UHGV virus genome: UHGV-0085204
Length of the DNA stretch: 38,284 nucleotides
From: a virus
Direction: 5' to 3' (one strand)
The position numbers and the translations under genes are program-made. Positions 8,096-16,050 of this stretch are shown in pieces; the first letter of the stretch is position 1, and each line of letters begins with the position of its first letter. The notes under the pieces were generated by a model, which did not search any database, was not told the DNA's origin, and worked only from the letters and a program-made list of their open reading frames with translations.

Positions 8096-8940
8096 GATGT
8101 TATCTCCAGTCTTATGGCATTTAGCCTATCGATTCGCTCCTCGCTATCCCACCACTTCAAAAAATACTCCTTATGCATTGGTGGCATCCATGCTTCAGGC
8201 ATAGAGTTAAGTATATCAGATATAGTCTCAACTCCAATTTTTTCAATTTTGTCAAGGACAGATAATGCGCACTTTCTCAGATCATCAGTGTCGCCAATGA
8301 ATTGTTTAGCAATCGTCCAGTTTGTTGTTGTACTGGAGTCTGTTGGTAGTATATGAGGGGTATTTCGTGGCCAGCCTATAACAAAAGAGTTTAGACTAAA
8401 ATCGAATGTTTTAACTATAACATTGCCTCGGGTGTTTTCCATGTATAAGTAGTTGTTGAGGTGTCTGTCAATGTTATATACAAACTGATCAAATGCATAA
8501 ATTGCCCAGAGTTGCTTCTTTAAGGATTCAGAAGCATTTGAGAGCAAATTTATCCATTGAGGACTATTGAGACCAGATTTCCAGGCTGAAAACTCTATGC
8601 GAGAGCCAAAAACATACTCCCCATTAGCAATACACTTGAGAATTTTGCACACAGGTGTAGCGATGCCGCATTTTTCAGCTAAATTTGTGCAAAACCATTC
8701 CGCTGCCGGTACTTGAGTTGGGTTTTGTACAGGAAAAGGTGGGGTGGAACGCATGCTTTTAACTGCATATTCCATTTCATCAGTGGCAATAGCGAAACCA
8801 GAAAGGTGTGCAGTGCCTAAGCTTGAAGGTGTATATTCATGAAATTCTAATTCAAACAAACTTCCTTGCTCTGGTTTCACTTCATCAGTGTTTGGCTCTT
8901 GTTCTTTCGTCATCAACTTTTTTCCCCAAATCGAAGACAT
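8092..8940 (-). CDS. HipA-C-like / protein-kinase-like fold protein (short, lacks HipA N-terminal domains)
   Basis: 282 aa; catalytic-loop-like NIDRHLNNYLY (DxHxxN) followed about 20 residues later by TFDFS (DFG-like); AGAGG RBS; 46 bp downstream of repressor stop. Confidence 0.55.
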   Translation of the reverse strand: MSSIWGKKLMTKEQEPNTDEVKPEQGSLFELEFHEYTPSSLGTAHLSGFAIATDEMEYAVKSMRSTPPFPVQNPTQVPAAEWFCTNLAEKCGIATPVCKILKCIANGEYVFGSRIEFSAWKSGLNSPQWINLLSNASESLKKQLWAIYAFDQFVYNIDRHLNNYLYMENTRGNVIVKTFDFSLNSFVIGWPRNTPHILPTDSSTTTNWTIAKQFIGDTDDLRKCALSVLDKIEKIGVETISDILNSMPEAWMPPMHKEYFLKWWDSEERIDRLNAIRLEITS

Positions 8941-8986
8941 GCGGACCTCTTAAATTTGAACAACATCATAATGATTAGCTAATCCG

Positions 8987-9679
8987 CTACCCATGCTTCC
9001 TATACGTCTGCGGCATGCTCCCAATAACCTTACCGAAGATGAACACCCGGTTCATCTCGTCTTTCTCGATCGGGTCCCACGGTGAGTAGCTCTTGTTATC
9101 AGAGATAACCAGCAGCTTATCCTTCATCATTTGCAGACGCTTTACATGGGCTGTGTCGTCGTACAGAAACGCATAGATACCATCACCGTCGAAAGATTTA
9201 ACCGTGATATCAACGAACAGCAGATCACCTGGTTCGATCGTTCCTGACATGCTGTCACCACGCACGTTAATGATGCGGATATTTTCCGCCTTCCTGCCAT
9301 CGAACATGTGACGAGCATCGTCAAACGAGTACTCAACCGAGCGTAGAACTTCTACAAACTCACGGTTGATTACACCCGGCCCGGCACTGACTTCTATATC
9401 AAGAACGTCAATTTTGAAGTATTTGGAATGGCTGACAGCAGGCTTCCCTGATTGTTGACCGTCATTTCTCATCGGGCCTATGCCTGATGAGAGCCATTCT
9501 GTTCGAACACCCAATGCATTAGCTATTTCAACAATTTTTGTTGAGCCGCGCGCGTTGCCGCTTGTCAGTCTCCAGATTGTGGGTTGAGCTACGCCAGACG
9601 CCTTTGCAAGAGCGCCTTGAGACATTCCAGATTGTTCCATCGCTAGGTTTAAGCGATCAGCAAGAGTTTCTTTTTTCAT
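8987..9679 (-). CDS. CI/LexA-like prophage repressor (N-terminal HTH, C-terminal S24 peptidase)
   Basis: 230 aa from ATG at 9679; HTH segment MSQGALAKASGVAQPTIWRL; S24 signature GDSMSGT and downstream lysine (VKRL); ORF-track start at 9715 is a TTG. Confidence 0.9.
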   Translation of the reverse strand: MKKETLADRLNLAMEQSGMSQGALAKASGVAQPTIWRLTSGNARGSTKIVEIANALGVRTEWLSSGIGPMRNDGQQSGKPAVSHSKYFKIDVLDIEVSAGPGVINREFVEVLRSVEYSFDDARHMFDGRKAENIRIINVRGDSMSGTIEPGDLLFVDITVKSFDGDGIYAFLYDDTAHVKRLQMMKDKLLVISDNKSYSPWDPIEKDEMNRVFIFGKVIGSMPQTYRKHG

Positions 9680-9715
9680 AAGTTTTAATTTATACGCTTG
9701 CGTATTGATGGTCAA

Positions 9716-9789
9716 AACACGTTTTGCTATTGCTTGGGTTAATACGCATTGCTATTATTCATTCATTGCAATACCAATAGGAATTGATA
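9716..9789. promoter_or_regulatory. OR-like divergent promoter/operator region between repressor and cro
   Basis: Repeats TTGCTATTGC (9724-9733), CATTGCTATT (9748-9757) and palindromic ATTGCAAT..CCAATAGG (9764-9781). Confidence 0.5.
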
Positions 9790-10017
9790 ATGACAAATCA
9801 AACCATTCAACTCGCAATCAGTATTACAGGTAGTCAAAAACGACTGGCAGATCTATGCGGTGTAGCCCAACCCACAGTTTGGCGTTGGCTACACGGTGGC
9901 GGAATTGATGCCCGCTATGTAATGAAAATTGTCTCAGCCACTGGTGGAAAGATTAAACCAGCAGATATTCGTCCCGACCTCGCACCATTGTTTAACGCGA
10001 GTAATTCTGCCGCCTAA
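9790..10017 (+). CDS. Cro-like HTH regulator
   Basis: 75 aa from ATG at 9790; HTH LADLCGVAQPTVWRWL; divergent from the repressor. Confidence 0.7.
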   Translation: MTNQTIQLAISITGSQKRLADLCGVAQPTVWRWLHGGGIDARYVMKIVSATGGKIKPADIRPDLAPLFNASNSAA

Positions 10018-10041
10018 ACTGCGGCGTTAACTGATAAGGCA

Positions 10042-10587
10042 ATGACTATGCAACCACTTACATACCAACAGACTAGCGGATTTAGCCCGACTGCGGTGAT
10101 AAATCGTTCTCAAACAAAACAGGCGCCAGGCCACGAAAAAATCCGTGATGCCGTTCGCGCCTGGTCGGCTGCAGATAATCAGGATGTTGTTGCCGCACTC
10201 ATTGTGAATGAGTATCGGGAGCAGGGCGGCGGCACCATCGATTTCCCTGATGATGTCAGTCGTGCACGCCAGAAGCTGTTCCGCTTCCTCGATAACAAAT
10301 TCGATTCTGAAAAATACCGAAATAACGTGCGTGAACTGACCCCGGCAATTCTGGCGGTACTACCGCTGGAATATCGCGGCCACCTGGTTGAGCAGGATAG
10401 CTACATGGCTCGGCTGGCTGAAATGGAAAAGGAACTCAGTGAGGCAAAACAGGCTGTCATTCTCAACGCACCACGCCACCAGAAACTGAAGGAGATGAGT
10501 GAAGGCATTGTGTCGATGTTTCGTGTGGACCCGGATCTGGCTGGTCCACTGATGGCGATGGTCACCACCATGCTGGGGGCAATATGA
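10042..10587 (+). CDS. CII-position regulatory protein (YdaT-like, from memory)
   Basis: 181 aa between cro and O; no lambda CII similarity, assignment is positional. Confidence 0.4.
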   Translation: MTMQPLTYQQTSGFSPTAVINRSQTKQAPGHEKIRDAVRAWSAADNQDVVAALIVNEYREQGGGTIDFPDDVSRARQKLFRFLDNKFDSEKYRNNVRELTPAILAVLPLEYRGHLVEQDSYMARLAEMEKELSEAKQAVILNAPRHQKLKEMSEGIVSMFRVDPDLAGPLMAMVTTMLGAI

Positions 10588-10673
10588 CAGGTTCGGAAAT
10601 GGCGAAAGCCGGTCTGCGCGAACAGAACCGACTTTCAGGTGCAAATCGTAACACACTCATTGCGGGAGGAATT

Positions 10674-11603
10674 ATGGCAAACACTGCTGAGATATTCAAT
10701 TTTCCAGTGCCGGATGCGGCACAAAAGGAGCCGCGCGTGGCAGATCTCGATGATGGTTATACGCGCATTGCAAATGAGTTGCTGGAAGCTGTGATGCTGG
10801 CCGGATTAACACAGCACCAGCTTCTGGTCTTCCTGGCTGTCATGCGCAAAACATATGGCTTTAATAAAAAACTGGATTGGGTGAGCAACGAGCAACTTTC
10901 CGAGTTGACCGGGATATTGCCGCACAAGTGTTCTGCTGCAAAAAGTGTTCTGGTAAAGCGTGGGATTTTTATTCAGAGCGGGCGGAATATCGGCATTAAT
11001 AATGTGGTCAGTGAATGGTCAACATTACCCGAATCAGGTAAGAAAAATAAAGTTTACCTGAAAGAGGTAAATTTACCTGAATCAGGTAAGAAAAGTTTAC
11101 CCAAATCAGGTAAAGGCACTTACCCGAATCAGGTAAACACAAAAGACAAACTAACAAAAGACAATATAAAACCTTTTTCGTCCGAGAATTCTGGCGAATC
11201 CTCTGACCAGCCAGAAAACGACTTTCCTGTGGAGAAACGGGATGCTGCAATTCAGAGCGGCAGCAAGTGGGGGACAGCAGAAGACCTGACCGCCGCAGAG
11301 TGGATGTTTGACATGGTGAAGACCATCGCGCCCTCAGCCAGAAAACCGAATTTTGCAGGGTGGGCTAACGATATCCGCCTGATGCGTGAACGTGACGGAC
11401 GTAACCACCGCGACATGTGCGTGCTGTTCCGCTGGGCATGCCAGGACAACTTCTGGTCAGGTAACGTGCTGAGTCCGGCCAAACTCCGCGACAAGTGGAC
11501 CCAACTCGAAATCAACCGTAACAAGCAACAGGCTGGCGTGACAGCCGGAAAATCAAAACTCGACCTGACAAACACTGACTGGATTTACGGGGTGGATTTA
11601 TGA
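10674..11603 (+). CDS. O: Replication initiator O (lambda O-like)
   Basis: ATG at 10674 with GGAGG RBS; N-terminus ADLDDGYTRIANELLEA close to lambda O; iterons inside the gene. Confidence 0.9.
   Translation: MANTAEIFNFPVPDAAQKEPRVADLDDGYTRIANELLEAVMLAGLTQHQLLVFLAVMRKTYGFNKKLDWVSNEQLSELTGILPHKCSAAKSVLVKRGIFIQSGRNIGINNVVSEWSTLPESGKKNKVYLKEVNLPESGKKSLPKSGKGTYPNQVNTKDKLTKDNIKPFSSENSGESSDQPENDFPVEKRDAAIQSGSKWGTAEDLTAAEWMFDMVKTIAPSARKPNFAGWANDIRLMRERDGRNHRDMCVLFRWACQDNFWSGNVLSPAKLRDKWTQLEINRNKQQAGVTAGKSKLDLTNTDWIYGVDL
11023..11140 (+). repeat. Replication origin iterons (four copies of about 18 bp CCNRAATCAGGTAAR) inside the O gene
   Basis: Direct repeats read at 11026-11042, 11083-11099, 11101-11116, 11121-11137, followed by A-rich segment ACAAAAGACAAACTAACAAAAGACAATATAAAACC. 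Confidence 0.75.
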
Positions 11604-12301
11604 AAAACATCGCCGCACAGATGGTTAACTTTGACCGTGAGCAGATGCGCCGGATCGCCAACAACATGCCGGAACAGTACGACGAAAAGCCGCAGGTACA
11701 GCAGGTAGCGCAGATCATCAACGGTGTGTTCAGCCAGTTACTGGCAACTTTCCCGGCGAGCCTGGCTAACCGTGACCAGAATGAACTGAACGAAATCCGC
11801 CGCCAGTGGGTTCTGGCTTTCCGGGAAAACGGGATCACCACAATGGAACAGGTTAACGCAGGAATGCGCGTAGCCCGTCGGCAGAATCGACCATTCCTGC
11901 CATCACCCGGGCAGTTTGTCGCCTGGTGCCGGGAAGAAGCATCCGTTAACGCCGGGCTGCCAAACGCCAGCGAGCTGGTTGATATGGTTTACGAGTATTG
12001 CCGGAAGCGTGGCCTTTATCCGGATGCAGAGTCTTATCCATGGAAATCAAACGCGCATTACTGGTTGGTTACCAACCTGTATCAGAACATGCGGGCCAAT
12101 GCGCTGACTGATGCGGAATTACGGCGCAAGGCTGCCGATGAACTGACTTGTATGACCGCGCGAATTAATCGTGGTGAGGCGATACCTGAACCAGTAAAAC
12201 AACTTCCTGTCATGGGCGGTAGACCACTTAACCGGGCTCAGGCTCTGGCGAAGATCGCAGAAATCAAAGCTAAGTTCGGACTGAAAGGAGCCAGTGTATG
12301 A
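11600..12301 (+). CDS. P: Replication protein P (DnaB loader)
   Basis: 233 aa, near-identical to my memory of lambda P (MKNIAAQMVNFDREQMRRIANNMPEQYDEKPQ...). Confidence 0.97.
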   Translation: MKNIAAQMVNFDREQMRRIANNMPEQYDEKPQVQQVAQIINGVFSQLLATFPASLANRDQNELNEIRRQWVLAFRENGITTMEQVNAGMRVARRQNRPFLPSPGQFVAWCREEASVNAGLPNASELVDMVYEYCRKRGLYPDAESYPWKSNAHYWLVTNLYQNMRANALTDAELRRKAADELTCMTARINRGEAIPEPVKQLPVMGGRPLNRAQALAKIAEIKAKFGLKGASV

Positions 12302-12591
12302 CAGGCAAAGAGGCAATTCTTCACTACCTGAAAACGCACCGGACTTTCTGCGCGCCGGATGTAGCTGCGGCAACAGGCGTGACTGTAACCAGCATCAATC
12401 AGGCAGCAGCCAAAATGGCACGGGCAGGAATCCTGGTCGTTGATCGCAAGGTCTGGCGAACGGTGTATTACCGGTTCGCTACCAGGGAGGAGCGGGAAGG
12501 AAAGGTGAGCACGAACCTGATTTTCAAGGAGTGTCGCCAGAGTGCCGTGATGAAACGGGTATTGATGTTTTGGGGGAGGGTAGGGGTATAA
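12298..12591 (+). CDS. ren: Ren exclusion protein
   Basis: 97 aa, matches lambda Ren (MTGKEAI.HYL.TH..FCAPDVAA.TG.TVTSINQAAAKMARAG). Confidence 0.9.
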   Translation: MTGKEAILHYLKTHRTFCAPDVAAATGVTVTSINQAAAKMARAGILVVDRKVWRTVYYRFATREEREGKVSTNLIFKECRQSAVMKRVLMFWGRVGV

Positions 12592-12879
12592 GCGAAACGT
12601 TATGAGTGTGTGGGTATTCGTGCCATTGCGATGTGGTAGAGAGTGCTGAGGGCGTCATGGTTGTGTTGCGAAAACTACGTTGCACTTGAGCAGGATCTTG
12701 CAGAATTTGAGCGCGAGTTCCGTGTTGCTGATGCGACTATACCCTCGATGTAGAGGAACTTAATTAGCTGATTGTAATTCAATATGCCTACTAAGACCGG
12801 TTGGGTATGAACTAGTAAAGGCTGCAAAATCCTATAGAGTGTTAACGCAACCAAAAACGTTAAGCACGGAGAAAAAAAT

Positions 12880-13632
12880 ATGGATCCTAAATTACTGTAT
12901 GCCACGTTTAAACGAAATGACGCACCAGCTTGGCGCTGCCCGAACTGTATGAATGAAACACTGGAGATTGTCGCTGATAGTTTTGTAGAAACTGATTCAA
13001 GCGCAACAACTCAGTTTAGAGATGAAGTATGGTTTGATGAGGAAATGTCGGGAGGAGTATTCAGTTGCGTGCTGCGCTGTACCCGCCAAGCCTGCCAGGA
13101 GAAGGTTGCTTTGTCTGGGCAGGTTGTTGCTGTAGAATGCTTCAATGACGAAATGACGGAGCGTTGGTATGTTTCTGGTTTCCGTCCTAAGTATTTCTAT
13201 CCACCACTTCCTCTATTCCTGTTTCCTGAAAAGTGCCCTGAAGATATAGCTGATCTCTTGGCGGAAGTATCAGCTCTGATCCCCTCGCACCCAGCTTCAG
13301 CGGTGAACACCATGAGAACCATACTGGAGATGATGCTTGATAGTCTTGATGTACCAAGAGAGAAAACAGTTAAAGGCAAGATAATACGTCTTTCTACGCA
13401 TGAAAGAATCACAAATTATTCAGATAAACTGGGACCAAATAAAGATGCATTCATGGCGTTAAAGTGGTTGGGGAATCACGGCAGTCATGGAGGGATTAAA
13501 GTCACAAGGTCCTCTATTAATGATGCCTGCATTCTCATTGGTCATTTGATTGACTTCTTATTCTTAGAAAGCCCGGATGTAACTATTCATATTGAACGGA
13601 TAAACAACGTGTATGCACCCAAAAAGGAGTAA
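12880..13632 (+). CDS. Zinc-ribbon plus DUF4145/HEPN-like domain protein (cargo)
   Basis: 250 aa; N-terminal CPNC...C..C; C-terminal KWLGNHGSHGG fits my memory of the DUF4145 R..GN...HG motif with K for R; AT-rich by eye. Confidence 0.5.
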   Translation: MDPKLLYATFKRNDAPAWRCPNCMNETLEIVADSFVETDSSATTQFRDEVWFDEEMSGGVFSCVLRCTRQACQEKVALSGQVVAVECFNDEMTERWYVSGFRPKYFYPPLPLFLFPEKCPEDIADLLAEVSALIPSHPASAVNTMRTILEMMLDSLDVPREKTVKGKIIRLSTHERITNYSDKLGPNKDAFMALKWLGNHGSHGGIKVTRSSINDACILIGHLIDFLFLESPDVTIHIERINNVYAPKKE

Positions 13633-13643
13633 AACGTAACGCC

Positions 13644-13892
13644 ATGTCGAAGCGGAATATTGCCGCTAAAACACAAGAAGAGCGCGAGAAGGTTAACGTT
13701 GACCTTGCTGTCTCCTGAGTTACCTACAAAGAGCACCTTAATATACCGGTTATTGCCGAAGCGGTGATGCGTGAGCAGCCTGAGCATTTGCGGGACTATT
13801 TTTTGGAGCGGCCACGACATTACCGCGAGCAGAGCATCGCGCTGCCCAAGGCATCCGCTCCTCGACATCTTAAGCAGGAAGGTGAAAAATGA
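13644..13892 (+). pseudogene. Small ORF interrupted by an in-frame TGA (13716-13718); downstream part ends in ATGA overlap with the next gene
   Basis: ATG 13644 ...AVS TGA VTYKEH...MREQPEHL...QEGEK stop at 13890-13892; same frame throughout. Confidence 0.3.
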
Positions 13893-14371
13893 TAAGTGCA
13901 GAAGGACTGCAGCGGTTACTTAATTTATCGGAGCCTCCATCTGATGAACTGATTGATGTTTATCTTCAATTCTGCATGATTTTTCCTAGGGTCGAGCAAA
14001 GTTTTTTTGGTGGCTTTGCTAAGGGGGAAGACAGTTTAAATTATGCGCGAACGTTACTTGACGCCGGGATAAAGGTGCCCAACGAACTTTTTCACGATTT
14101 TAAGCAGAGATACATTTTGAATGGGGATGCGCAGGAAAGACTTGACGCCCTCTGTGTCGGTCGAGAGAGAGATAGGCGGGGAATAGTTAATGGACTTCAA
14201 AATGACGCAGCAACAGATCTAAACACCATGTCTACAGTATTAAAGATAGTTATAAGGATAAGAAATAACCTTTTCCACGGAAATAAAGACGCTTATCTTT
14301 TTGTTGATTCTCAAGAGCAAGCGCAACTATTGAGGTGGTGCGTGAGATTTCTCCAAGGATTATTAAATTAA
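13889..14371 (+). CDS. HEPN-like hypothetical protein (cargo)
   Basis: 160 aa; RBS GGAAGGTG; C-terminal IRIRNNLFHGN contains an R-x4-H (HEPN-type) motif; AT-rich by eye. Confidence 0.45.
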   Translation: MISAEGLQRLLNLSEPPSDELIDVYLQFCMIFPRVEQSFFGGFAKGEDSLNYARTLLDAGIKVPNELFHDFKQRYILNGDAQERLDALCVGRERDRRGIVNGLQNDAATDLNTMSTVLKIVIRIRNNLFHGNKDAYLFVDSQEQAQLLRWCVRFLQGLLN

Positions 14372-14560
14372 TCTACCTTTGATTTTCCATAATCAACCAG
14401 CAATAATAATGTCACCGGAGCCTGAACAACATCGGTGACTTCTGCGCTAAACGGGGACGTTTATGCGCACATACAATCCAAACTCTCTTCTCCCTTCACA
14501 GATGCAGAGATGCACCTGCGATTTTTTGCATCCAGCGTTTGACCTCTGCGGAGGTGAAGC

Positions 14561-15016
14561 GTGAACCTCCCACAAGACGGCATCAAATTGCATCGTGGTA
14601 ACTTCACCGCTATCGGCCAGCAGATCCAGCCTTATCTGGAGGAAGGCAAATGCTTTCGCATGGTGCTTAAACCGTGGCGTGAGAAACGCAGTCTTTCCCA
14701 GAATGCACTCAGCCACATGTGGTACAGCGAAATCAGTGAATACCTCATCAGCAGGGGTAAAACGTTCGCCACTCCAGCTTGGGTAAAAGATGCTCTCAAA
14801 CACACATATCTCGGTTATGAAACCAAAGACCTGGTTGATGTCGTAACCGGTGAGATCACCACTATCCAGTCGTTACGCCATACCTCCGATCTTGATACCG
14901 GAGAGATGTATATCTTCCTGTGTAAGGTTGAAGCCTGGGCGGTGAATATTGGCTGCCACCTGACTATTCCGCAGAGCTGCGAGTTCCAGCTGCTCCGCGA
15001 CAAGCAGGAGGCGTAA
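14561..15016 (+). CDS. NinB-family protein (DLP12 YbcN-like)
   Basis: 151 aa; GTG start with GGAGG RBS; [16 protein letters not shown] motif; position at start of nin region. Confidence 0.7.
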   Translation: MNLPQDGIKLHRGNFTAIGQQIQPYLEEGKCFRMVLKPWREKRSLSQNALSHMWYSEISEYLISRGKTFATPAWVKDALKHTYLGYETKDLVDVVTGEITTIQSLRHTSDLDTGEMYIFLCKVEAWAVNIGCHLTIPQSCEFQLLRDKQEA

Positions 15017-15186
15017 TGGCTACACCGCTTATTCGTGTCATGAACGGACACATCTACAGAGTATCAAATCGTCGTAAGCGTAAGCCTGAGCTGAAGCCAT
15101 CCGAAATACCAACACTGCTCGGATATACCGCTAGCCTGGTTGATAAAAAATGGTTGCGACTGGCAGCAAGGAGGAATCATGGCTGA
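15016..15186 (+). CDS. ninE: NinE-like small protein (below ORF-track size cutoff)
   Basis: 56 aa; ATG overlapping upstream TAA (TAATG); C-terminus YTASLVDKKWLRLAARR resembles NinE. Confidence 0.65.
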   Translation: MATPLIRVMNGHIYRVSNRRKRKPELKPSEIPTLLGYTASLVDKKWLRLAARRNHG

Positions 15187-15469
15187 TTTGAGAAAAGCAG
15201 CGCGTGGTCGGGAATGCCAGGTAAGAATCCCAGGCGTATGTAATGGCAACCCTGAAACGTCTGTACTGGCACATATCCGGCTGACTGGATTGTGCGGCAC
15301 CGGTACGAAACCGCCAGACCTGATTGCCACCATTGCATGTTCTGCCTGCCACGACGAAATCGACCGCCGCACGCATTTTGTTGACGCTGGATATGCAAAA
15401 GAATGCGCGCTGGAAGGTATGGCGAGAACGCAGGTTATCTGGCTGAAAGAGGGGGTAATTAAGGCGTGA
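15179..15469 (+). CDS. DUF1364-family protein (DLP12 YbcO-like), cysteine-rich
   Basis: 96 aa from ATG at 15179; cysteine motifs CQVRIPGVC and CSACHDEID. Confidence 0.65.
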   Translation: MADLRKAARGRECQVRIPGVCNGNPETSVLAHIRLTGLCGTGTKPPDLIATIACSACHDEIDRRTHFVDAGYAKECALEGMARTQVIWLKEGVIKA

Positions 15470-15828
15470 ATACTTACCACATCACACTACCCTGGCCGCC
15501 GAGCAATAACCGCTACTACCGCCATAATCGAGGGCGCACGCACATCAGCGCAGAAGGGCAGGCATACCGCGATAACGTCGCCCGAATCATTAAAGGCTCA
15601 ATGCTGGATATCGGTCTGGCTATGCCTGTGAAAATCCGCATTGAGTGCCACATGCCGGATCGCCGTCGCCGTGACCTGGATAATCTGCAAAAGGCCGCTT
15701 TTGACGCACTCACCAAAGCGGGTTTCTGGCTGGATGATGCTCAGGTCGTTGATTACCGCGTTGTGAAGATGCCCGTTACCAAAGGTGGAAAGCTGGAGCT
15801 GACCATCACTGAACTGGGAGATGAATGA
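15466..15828 (+). CDS. rusA: Holliday junction resolvase RusA
   Basis: 120 aa; matches RusA of DLP12 ([25 protein letters not shown]). Confidence 0.95.
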   Translation: MNTYHITLPWPPSNNRYYRHNRGRTHISAEGQAYRDNVARIIKGSMLDIGLAMPVKIRIECHMPDRRRRDLDNLQKAAFDALTKAGFWLDDAQVVDYRVVKMPVTKGGKLELTITELGDE

Positions 15829-15965
15829 TGTTTGAGTCTTATATGGCAGAACGTCTTCGCCACCGCTGGATGCGCCTGCGCTTATATCGTTTCCCCGGTT
15901 CTGTTTTGACCGATTACCGAATACTGAAGAATTACGCCAAAACACTGACAGGAGCAGGAGTATGA
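15825..15965 (+). CDS. YlcG-like small basic protein (below ORF-track size cutoff)
   Basis: 46 aa ORF, ATGA overlap with rusA stop; same position and size as DLP12 ylcG. Confidence 0.45.
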   Translation: MMFESYMAERLRHRWMRLRLYRFPGSVLTDYRILKNYAKTLTGAGV

Positions 15966-16050
15966 AGTCAGAGATAACAATCAACTAATACTGTTTTGTT
16001 GATTTTTGCTTGTAATTGGCGTTCTGGTCTGAGTTTTGTGGAGTAAGTTG

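Noticed and set aside
11023-11140. Possibility that the direct repeats are a CRISPR array
   Set aside because: Repeats are about 18 bp, lie inside the O coding sequence, are not separated by regular unique spacers, and match the known iteron architecture of lambdoid origins
11008-11841. Minus-strand ORFs of 80, 107 and 109 aa
   Set aside because: Antisense to the strongly supported O and P genes
14447-14803. 118-aa minus-strand ORF
   Set aside because: Lies antisense within the NinB-like gene and its upstream region; no RBS; product has no recognisable features
15064-15480. 138-aa and shorter minus-strand ORFs across ninE/ybcO-like region
   Set aside because: Antisense to a tightly packed plus-strand operon with overlapping start/stop codons
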